Below are positions 57,063 through 64,000 of a stretch of 64,000 nucleotides of DNA, piece after piece; position 1 is the stretch's first letter, and each line of letters starts with the position of its first letter. Position numbers and translations under genes: made by a program. The DNA lies in NCBI GenBank assembly GCA_036489885.1, contig DASXEW010000002.1, positions 32,111-96,110 on the forward strand, read 5' to 3'. Source of the stretch: Vulcanimicrobiaceae bacterium. GTDB lineage: Bacteria > Vulcanimicrobiota > Vulcanimicrobiia > Vulcanimicrobiales > Vulcanimicrobiaceae. Below the pieces are notes generated by a model, which was not told the DNA's origin, made no database searches, and was given only the letters and a program-made list of their open reading frames with translations.

Positions 57063-58055
57063 CTATTTCGCGCGGTACGGTTTGGCCCCCAGCCTGTGGA
57101 CACTCTCAATGTGCCGCACGGTTCCGCTTTGCGCGTGCATCAGAATGGAATGTGTCCGCGCGGCGTTCCCAAAGAAGCGGACCCCACGGACCAAATCGCC
57201 GTCCGTGATCCCGGTTGCGACAAACATCAGATGCTTGCCGGGGGCGAGATCGTCCATGGTGAGAACGCGATCGAGGTCGCCGAAACCCATGGCTTTCGCG
57301 CGCTGGCCCTCTTCGTCGTTACGCGGTTTGAGGCGACCCATGAAGCCACCACCCAGACACTTGAGCGCAGCTGCGGCCAAGACGCCCTCCGGAGCTCCTC
57401 CGGTTCCCATGCACGCGTGTACGCCCGTGCCTTCGATCGCAGTTGCAATCGCCGCATCGACGTCACCGTCCGAAATGAGTTTGATGCGCGCGCCCGCGTC
57501 GCGAACGGCTGTAATCAAATCCTTGTGACGCGGACGATCCAAAATGATGACCGTGATATCATTGATCGGACGTTCGAGAGCGTTGGCGACCGCGTTCAAA
57601 TTGTCCGAAACTTTCGCGTCGATGTGAACGTAAGGTGCGGCGCGCGGGCCGACCGCAAGTTTTTGCATGTACGAGTCGGGCGCATGTAGCAATCCGCCGC
57701 GTTCTGAAATCGCCATGACGGCAATCGAATTGGGAAGGCCGTTCGCGACCAGATTCGTACCTTCGACCGGGTCGACCGCAATGTCGACCTCCATGCCGCC
57801 GCGTCCGAGCTCTTCGCCGATGAAGAGCATCGGCGCTTCGTCGCGTTCGCCTTCACCGATGACGATGCGGCCCGAAATCTGCATGTCGTTGAGCGCGTCG
57901 CGCATTTTTTCGACGGCGGCGCCGTCGGCGATATTGCGTTCACCGCGACCCATCCAGCGCGAGGCGTTGAGCGCCGCTTCTTCCGTAACGCGCACGAAGT
58001 CGAGCGAATCCGTCGGATACTCGCTGACAAAGCGCGGAATCATCGTGGTCGCCAT
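57063..58055 (-). CDS. glpX: class II fructose-1,6-bisphosphatase
   Basis: GEGERDEAPMLFIGE and DPVEGTN motifs, 330 aa. Confidence 0.9.
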   Translation of the reverse strand: MATTMIPRFVSEYPTDSLDFVRVTEEAALNASRWMGRGERNIADGAAVEKMRDALNDMQISGRIVIGEGERDEAPMLFIGEELGRGGMEVDIAVDPVEGTNLVANGLPNSIAVMAISERGGLLHAPDSYMQKLAVGPRAAPYVHIDAKVSDNLNAVANALERPINDITVIILDRPRHKDLITAVRDAGARIKLISDGDVDAAIATAIEGTGVHACMGTGGAPEGVLAAAALKCLGGGFMGRLKPRNDEEGQRAKAMGFGDLDRVLTMDDLAPGKHLMFVATGITDGDLVRGVRFFGNAARTHSILMHAQSGTVRHIESVHRLGAKPYRAK

Positions 58056-58140
58056 TACTCGCTCCCTTCGCTCACCCGTGCGCTTCCCTATGCTTGCACG
58101 GGACCCCTAACCTGCCAAATGTCCCAAGGGAAGGCGACGC

Positions 58141-59679
58141 GTGCAACCCGAACCGCATCGCGTCGTGGCCAGCCGAACTACTGCCCTAACGCCCTATCTC
58201 TATGGCGCTGGGATCGCCCCGCTACTCATCGTCGGCGCAGCGGGCGCTACGCTCGGTTTCTTTGGCTTTTACGGCTTCGTCTTGCGCGTGCGCGCGTCGC
58301 TGGCCGTCGACGAGATTGTATTCTTGATCGCTATCCCGGTCGGGGTCATTGCGGCGCTGATCGCCTGGAATGCGTATGCGCGCTTCTTTGCACGGCACTG
58401 CGCCGTCCCGCTCGAGACCGCACTAACTGCCGACGCGTTCTCGTGGCTTGCGCTCCTGATCATGTGGGTTGGTTTCCTACGCCCATTCGGAGCAAGCGCT
58501 ACCGGACGCGGCATCGCGGTTGCGCTCGTGACGTTTGCATTCGTCAAGCTCTTCGCCGCCGCGCGATTCAACAGCGCGGTTCGGGACGTCGCGGTCACGT
58601 TCGTCGTCAGCCGCGCCGCCGTCATCGTCATCGCTGAGCTAGCCGCGATGGTCGTCGCGCAACGCCCCGGGACGCATGTCGCCGTTTCTTCGATCCCGAT
58701 CTTAGCGGTATGGGGACGCTGGGACGCCGTGCATTACATCGACATTTCGTCCTCCGGCTACTACGGCACCGACATGGCGTTCTTTCCGCTCTATCCGATG
58801 CTCATCTCGTTGCTTGGGAAGCTGACCGGCAGCCATCTCGTCGCGGGTCTCGTGATCTCAAACGCGGCGCTTTTCGTCGGGCTGATCTTCTTCTACAAGC
58901 TCGTCGAGCATCAGTACAACCGGCACGTCGCGCACCGCGCGGTCTTCTACATCTCCATTTTCCCGACTGCGATCTTCTTCTCGGCCGTCTATACCGAATC
59001 GTTGTTCCTGGCATTGACGGTCGCGTCATTCTACTACATCCGAGAGCACAAGTGGCTCATGGCCGGGATGATCGGCTTCTTCGCAGCGTTGACGCGCGTC
59101 GAGGGGGTGCTGCTCGTCGTTCCGATGCTGATCGAGTGGCTGCGCTCGCCGGGCGCACGTCAAGCCTTCCAATATCCGCTAGAACAATTGATGCGGCCGC
59201 TTGCCGGGATGGCCCTGATCCCCCTCGGCTTGTTGTCGTACATGGGCTATCTATGGATCCTCACCGGCGACCCGCTCTACTTCTCGCACGTGCAGATCAA
59301 TTGGCATCGTCATTTGGCGCCGCCGTGGGTAAGTTTGCGAAACAGCTTCTCGTTGCTGACGCACGCGCACAACGGCAACATGATTGCAAATCAATTCCTC
59401 GAGCTATTCTTCACCCTAATGATGATCGTGCTCTTGGTCGCCGCATTCCGCCGCCTTTCGGCGACCTACTGGAGCTATATGGCGCTCTCGATTCTGGTTC
59501 CGATGTCGACGTCGAGCCTGATGAGCATGCCGCGCTTCGCGCTGGTTTTGTTTCCGATGTTCGTGCTGATGGGTTTGTGGGGCTCACGTCCCTCCGTCAA
59601 CAATGCGATCGTGGCGTTTTCACTTCCGTTGCTGGGACTCTTTACGGTTCTGTTCGCCGACTGGTATTGGGTTGCCTGA
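58141..59679 (+). CDS. GT-C-fold integral-membrane glycosyltransferase, PIG-V/Mannosyl_trans2-like
   Basis: WDAVHYIDISSSGYYGTDMAFFPLYPML hallmark, more than 10 TM segments, 512 aa. Confidence 0.6.
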   Translation: MQPEPHRVVASRTTALTPYLYGAGIAPLLIVGAAGATLGFFGFYGFVLRVRASLAVDEIVFLIAIPVGVIAALIAWNAYARFFARHCAVPLETALTADAFSWLALLIMWVGFLRPFGASATGRGIAVALVTFAFVKLFAAARFNSAVRDVAVTFVVSRAAVIVIAELAAMVVAQRPGTHVAVSSIPILAVWGRWDAVHYIDISSSGYYGTDMAFFPLYPMLISLLGKLTGSHLVAGLVISNAALFVGLIFFYKLVEHQYNRHVAHRAVFYISIFPTAIFFSAVYTESLFLALTVASFYYIREHKWLMAGMIGFFAALTRVEGVLLVVPMLIEWLRSPGARQAFQYPLEQLMRPLAGMALIPLGLLSYMGYLWILTGDPLYFSHVQINWHRHLAPPWVSLRNSFSLLTHAHNGNMIANQFLELFFTLMMIVLLVAAFRRLSATYWSYMALSILVPMSTSSLMSMPRFALVLFPMFVLMGLWGSRPSVNNAIVAFSLPLLGLFTVLFADWYWVA

Positions 59680-60118
59680 GAGCGCGACGACCGCGGCGTC
59701 GCTGATCGGGCGTATCACACAAAGGCGCGGCATCCGGCAGTTCATAAAATTTGCGATCGTCGGAACCTCGGGCTTCGCGGTCAACGGCGGCGTCTTCACG
59801 ATCTTGCAGCTGCCGCTCTCGATCGACCAGCGTCAGATGTGGTATTACGCCATCTTTTCGATTGCGTTCATGGCCGGCGGCGTTTCGAATTATTTCCTCA
59901 ATCGCGTTTGGACGTTCCGTTCGACGGGGCACGCACTGGGCGAAGGCGCGAAATTTTTGACGGTTTCCGCAATCGCGCTGTGCGTCAGCTTGATCGTCTC
60001 GCTCGCTGCCTCGCCGATGCTCGGCAAAGGCCACAAACTGTGGTTCGTCTCGACCTGCGCGGGTATCATCGTCAACTTTTTCGTGAACAAGTATTGGACG
60101 TTCCGGTCCGTCCTGTAG
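59672..60118 (+). CDS. GtrA-family protein (polyprenyl-phosphate-sugar translocation)
   Basis: TTG at 59672. FIKFAIVGTSGFAVN and NYFLNRVWTFR / NFFVNKYWTFR motifs. Confidence 0.8.
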   Translation: MPESATTAASLIGRITQRRGIRQFIKFAIVGTSGFAVNGGVFTILQLPLSIDQRQMWYYAIFSIAFMAGGVSNYFLNRVWTFRSTGHALGEGAKFLTVSAIALCVSLIVSLAASPMLGKGHKLWFVSTCAGIIVNFFVNKYWTFRSVL

Positions 60119-61653
60119 ACCTACAGAAGTATTGGTGGTGGGCACTCGGAGCAATTCTCGTGCTCGGCCTTGGACTTCGGCTCGTCGGCTTGCACGATCC
60201 GATTATGGATCATCCACAGTGGCGGCAGGGCGACACGGCCGCGATCGCGCGTAACTTCGCGCAGCTCAACTTCAACATTTTCTATCCGCAGACCGACTAC
60301 GACGGGCCGCCGCCCAACTATGTCGAGCTCGAATTGCAGATCGTCCCATACCTCGCAGCTATCGGCTACAAGGTCTTTGGCGTCCACGAAGTTTTTGGGC
60401 GCTTGCTCTCAATCGTTTTTTCGCTTGGAACGGTTGGCGTGATCGCCTATTTTGGCTTGTGGTTATTCGAATCGGCACTCGTTGGGCTCATTGCCGCCTT
60501 GCTATTTGCGATCTTCCCGGGCAGCATCTATTACGGCCGGACGTTCATGCCCGATACGGCCATGACGTTTTTCTTTACCCTCGCAATGTACGCCGCCGCG
60601 CGAACGTTACTGGCACCCCTCGCCAAACCTATACCGTGGAAAGACATCGGTTGCGCCGTGCTTCTGGCGCTCGCGTTCCTCGCAAAGCCGGTATCGCTCA
60701 TTGCCGTCCTACCGCTGGCGTGTATAGGGCGCGTGCGAAGCCTGATCGTGATCATTCCGGGAATAACCTCGCTGTTTCTCTATCTCCACGCGGTCGACGC
60801 GCACGCGGAGTGGCATTGGGCCAGCGGCATCACACGCCAGCACGTGCTGCCCTCACTCATGCAAGCGGCCGTCTCGCCGCACGCGCTGGCTGCGAAGCTT
60901 CTGGTTACGCTCATGACGATTCCGTCGATGCTCAGCACGACGATGCTCGGACCGGTTGGATTCGCGCTGATGCTGCTCGGCTTCTTGATGCCGCTGCGCT
61001 CGCGCTCGAATCTCTTCTTGTACTCGTGGCTATTGGCTGCGGCGCTCTACGCGTTCGTAGTCGTTACCGTCGAGCGTGTCGACTATTACCTCTACCCCGT
61101 ACTCCCGCTCGCAGCGCTCGTCGGCGCGTCATTCGTGCGGCGCTTCGCCGAACTCTGGTCGCCGGCATCGCTACGCTTGCAGAAACTTGCGCTCGCCGGT
61201 AGCGTGATCGCCCTAATCCTCGTAATCGGCGACAACGCCGCACAGATCCAGCCGTACTATTATTACAAGCGCAACGTTTATTCCGAAGCGCGCCGCCTGC
61301 ACGCGCTTCTCGCTCCGGACGCGCTGGTCGTTATGGCGCACTACGACCCCTCGATTCTCTACTACATGCAGCACAAGGGCTGGGAAGAGGATCCGCTGCT
61401 CTGGACACCGTTCGACGAACAGAGCGCAATTCGCAAAGGTGCGCGCTATTTTATCGCCGTCGAGCAGAACCGTTTTGCAAAAAACACCGAGCTCTACGCC
61501 TGGATGCAACGCTTTCCGCTACTCGCCGGTAGCGGCGCGTGGCCGGTTTACGAAACCGACGACGCTAAGACTCTGCCGGGCGCCGAGGAGCGCTGGCGCG
61601 AGTTTCGCAAGCGCGAAAAAGAGAGCAAGAGATCAGGGCAACGGCAGCAATGA
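60094..61653 (+). CDS. GT-C-fold glycosyltransferase, ArnT/PMT_2 (GT39/GT83)-like
   Basis: TTG at 60094, overlapping gtrA by 25 nt. Multi-TM N-terminal half with the periplasmic loop HDPIMDHPQWRQGDTAAIARNF, and a soluble C-terminal domain. Confidence 0.6.
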   Translation: MDVPVRPVDLQKYWWWALGAILVLGLGLRLVGLHDPIMDHPQWRQGDTAAIARNFAQLNFNIFYPQTDYDGPPPNYVELELQIVPYLAAIGYKVFGVHEVFGRLLSIVFSLGTVGVIAYFGLWLFESALVGLIAALLFAIFPGSIYYGRTFMPDTAMTFFFTLAMYAAARTLLAPLAKPIPWKDIGCAVLLALAFLAKPVSLIAVLPLACIGRVRSLIVIIPGITSLFLYLHAVDAHAEWHWASGITRQHVLPSLMQAAVSPHALAAKLLVTLMTIPSMLSTTMLGPVGFALMLLGFLMPLRSRSNLFLYSWLLAAALYAFVVVTVERVDYYLYPVLPLAALVGASFVRRFAELWSPASLRLQKLALAGSVIALILVIGDNAAQIQPYYYYKRNVYSEARRLHALLAPDALVVMAHYDPSILYYMQHKGWEEDPLLWTPFDEQSAIRKGARYFIAVEQNRFAKNTELYAWMQRFPLLAGSGAWPVYETDDAKTLPGAEERWREFRKREKESKRSGQRQQ

Positions 61654-62289
61654 TGTTGGCGCGCCGAGATGCTCCGTCTCGCTTTCGCCGGTTCCGGTTT
61701 CGACCGTCTGCCTAAAGCGCGTCAGCCGCGCAGTATTGCGTGTGACCTCGCTCGCGAGTTCCGATGAGTTCTCGATTGCACGCGTGATGTCGATCGTGTC
61801 GTAACTGTACTGAAAGCGCTTGAGGCTGGCGACGATCGAGCCATCGAGCGTCTTGAGGCCGGTGAACGAGCGGATCAGATCCTGACCCGCAGCCTTATAC
61901 GCGGGATAGTTGGAGATGACGATGTCGCGTTTGAGGCGCGCTTGCGAGAGCTGCTGGCGCAGGTCGACGACGGCCGGATTCGTCGGTGAGATTTTCTCGG
62001 CGACGGAGAGATAGTTTACCGCATCCTCGAGTTTCCCGAGGCGGTATGCATTTTCAGCCAAAGTCAGCTGCACCGAAATCGCGCCTGTGCGGGCATGCGC
62101 GTCCTGCGGATTGATGTCGAGCGCCAAACGATAGGCGAGCGCTGCGTCCTTGAGATTGCGCGCTTCAAGTGCGCGATCGCCTTGGTGATCGCGCGTCCGA
62201 ACGATCCACGACTCCACCGAACCAGCACATCCCGACAGCATCAGAGTCGCGAGTGCAGGGAGGAGCATGAGCGTCAGTTTCTTGAGCAT
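61633..62289 (-). CDS. lipoprotein with TPR-like repeat(s)
   Basis: Lipobox LMLSGC, 218 aa. Confidence 0.6.
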   Translation of the reverse strand: MLKKLTLMLLPALATLMLSGCAGSVESWIVRTRDHQGDRALEARNLKDAALAYRLALDINPQDAHARTGAISVQLTLAENAYRLGKLEDAVNYLSVAEKISPTNPAVVDLRQQLSQARLKRDIVISNYPAYKAAGQDLIRSFTGLKTLDGSIVASLKRFQYSYDTIDITRAIENSSELASEVTRNTARLTRFRQTVETGTGESETEHLGAPTSLLPLP

Positions 62290-62302
62290 CCTTCGACTTT
62301 AT

Positions 62303-63178
62303 CTACCTTCTAAATCCGTGCACGAAGAGCGATGCGACATGAGAGATCGCCCACGCGCCCGGCCATAGCAACAGCTGTGAAAGGATCGTCCCGCAGATAG
62401 CCGTGACCGTCAGGCCGATGACCATTGCCCGAATCGAGTTCAGCGAACGCTCGCCTTTAACCGCTTGATCGACCATGAGTGCGGACGTCGGATCAACGAA
62501 GAACGTGAATGCCAAGGTTCCGATGCCGTTGACGATGCCGGAAAGTCCGGCCGCCGTCGTGCGTGCATCCAAATTCAGGACGCTCGCGTAGTATGCGGAC
62601 GGTACGCCGATTGCATAGATTGCCATCACGACAAGGTTGCCGATCAGCAGTTTGGGGGGAATCGCCTCGCGAGTGTATGCCAGAACCGTTCGAATCTCGG
62701 GGAGCCGGATACTCGATAGCACGTCCATCATTACGCGTGGGTCGCCGATCCGCACGAGCGCCTGCAGAACCGAGTTCCGCCGCTCGAACGAGCGAATGCC
62801 GCGCGAAAAAAGATAGATGAACATCGGGAGCAAGAATGCGCCCGCGCATGTCCCAATCGTCCCCGCAGCGACGATCAAACGCATCTGCAGATCGAAGGTC
62901 GCGATCACGTCGGGTGGAACCTGACTCAGCTTCGCAGCGACGCTGGGACGCGTAGCGTTGTCGGCGAGCGCGCCGAGCGACGGCGTCAAGAACAGCGCGG
63001 CCAAACGGCTTGCGGTGACGAATAAATTGAAGAGCGAGATCGACACTGCAATCCGCTGCGTCTGCACGCCGGCGTAGCGCGCTGCGTATGCGCCGATTTG
63101 AATTGCCTGCGTGACCCCATTGAGCGCCATCGCAACGATCAGCTGTGTGGCCCATAGGGATGCGGTCGCGGTCGTCAA
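62303..63178 (-). CDS. amj: DUF2837 / lipid II flippase Amj-family membrane protein
   Basis: AYAARYAGVQTQRIAVSISLFNLFVTASR resembles the Amj (YdaH) N-terminal signature. Polytopic, 291 aa. Confidence 0.5.
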   Translation of the reverse strand: MTTATASLWATQLIVAMALNGVTQAIQIGAYAARYAGVQTQRIAVSISLFNLFVTASRLAALFLTPSLGALADNATRPSVAAKLSQVPPDVIATFDLQMRLIVAAGTIGTCAGAFLLPMFIYLFSRGIRSFERRNSVLQALVRIGDPRVMMDVLSSIRLPEIRTVLAYTREAIPPKLLIGNLVVMAIYAIGVPSAYYASVLNLDARTTAAGLSGIVNGIGTLAFTFFVDPTSALMVDQAVKGERSLNSIRAMVIGLTVTAICGTILSQLLLWPGAWAISHVASLFVHGFRR

Positions 63179-63184
63179 CGTTGC

Positions 63185-64000
63185 CTAAGCGACGGCGGCC
63201 GTCCAGTCGATGTCGTCCTCGCCGATCGGACCGAGAACGCATAAACCCCATTGCTCCGGGGCAAAGAGCGCGCGAGAGAGTCGCTGCACGTCCGCGATCG
63301 TAACCGCGTCGATCTTCCGATCGAGCTCTTCCTCCGAGATTTGACGCCCGAAGGTGAGCTCGTTGCGCCCGAGGCGCATCATGCGTCCTGAGATACTCTC
63401 AAGTGCAAGCGTTAGACTGCCTTTGAGATGCTCTTTCGCAAGCTCGACCTCGCTTTCGCGCAAGCCCTTCTCGTGCGCTTGTGCAAACGATTCCCGGATA
63501 AGGTCGATGACCTCTTGCGCGTGCTCGACGGACGTGCCGGCCGAAACGGCAAACAGCCCCGCCGGCCGGTACGCGATCTGAAAAGAGCTGACGCTGTACG
63601 CCAGACCGCGCTCTTCACGAATATCTTGAAAGAGCCGGCTTGACATGCCGCCTCCGAGCGCCGTGTCGATTACCGAAAGCGTGTAGCGATCGTCGTCGCC
63701 GGCCGGCAAACCGCGCGTACCAACGATGAGATAGACCTGTTCGACATCCCGAGTGATCACCAAGCGCCCTGGTGAAAGGCGAACGCGCTGATCCGGAGGG
63801 ACGCCGCCGTCACCGCTTAGCGATTCGAGAGCTTTTGTAAACGATTCGGCGACTCGCTCGTGCTCGACGTTTCCTGCGACGGTTACGACGACGGTTTTGG
63901 GCGTGTAGCGCTCGCGCATGTGCGCGCGCAAATCGTCAGCGCGCAGGGCCGTGATCGTATGCGGAAATCCGATCACCGGGTCGCCGAGATCCGAGCCCGA
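63185..64000 (-). CDS. M16-family (pitrilysin/insulinase-like) peptidase, C-terminal part; the gene continues beyond the window
   Basis: Peptidase_M16_C-like sequence. The frame remains open to nt 64000. Confidence 0.75.
   Translation of the reverse strand, partial: SGSDLGDPVIGFPHTITALRADDLRAHMRERYTPKTVVVTVAGNVEHERVAESFTKALESLSGDGGVPPDQRVRLSPGRLVITRDVEQVYLIVGTRGLPAGDDDRYTLSVIDTALGGGMSSRLFQDIREERGLAYSVSSFQIAYRPAGLFAVSAGTSVEHAQEVIDLIRESFAQAHEKGLRESEVELAKEHLKGSLTLALESISGRMMRLGRNELTFGRQISEEELDRKIDAVTIADVQRLSRALFAPEQWGLCVLGPIGEDDIDWTAAVA

Overview
GC-rich, very compact bacterial chromosome segment. About 80 features are called and no mobile elements, CRISPR arrays or integrases were seen. Almost every gene is translationally coupled to its neighbour through ATGA, GTGA or similar 4-nt overlaps. 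Core content: the str operon with tuf and rpsJ (3128..7793, minus strand); three tRNAs (Met-CAT, Arg-ACG, Ser-GCT); and a 22-gene co-directional minus-strand block (19534..38007). That block reproduces the Bacillus-type rpsU-yqeY-nfeD-floA-phoH-ybeY-dgkA-cdd-recO and ruvX/mltG/DUF1292 synteny, and continues upstream into a pyrG-glycosyltransferase-surface-protein operon. Also present: prfA-prmC, rpmE, metY, an NAD-metabolism operon, glpX and cell-envelope genes (GT-C enzymes, GtrA, Amj). The synteny suggests a high-GC Terrabacteria-type lineage, but I cannot assign taxonomy from sequence alone. The best candidates for undescribed biology are listed below.
1. A coupled LuxE-like acyl-protein synthetase, LuxC-like reductase and class-III aminotransferase (46325..49795) predicts a carboxylate to aldehyde to amine route.
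2. An 8-gene DoxX/ABC-importer/MSOX-like oxidase/LeuCD-like/AlkB-like operon (9748..16998).
3. A pyrG-GT2-GT4-GT4-surface protein-SBP-HIT chain (30139..38007).
4. A GT17-domain fusion protein coupled to prfA (41019..42329).
5. A GSCFA plus SGNH hydrolase pair (17463..19537).
6. A recurring pattern: conserved N-termini of several genes can only be encoded if CTG, ATT, ATC or ATA start codons are used, and several of these overlap the upstream stop codon.
All functional calls come from motif recognition by eye. No database search was run.
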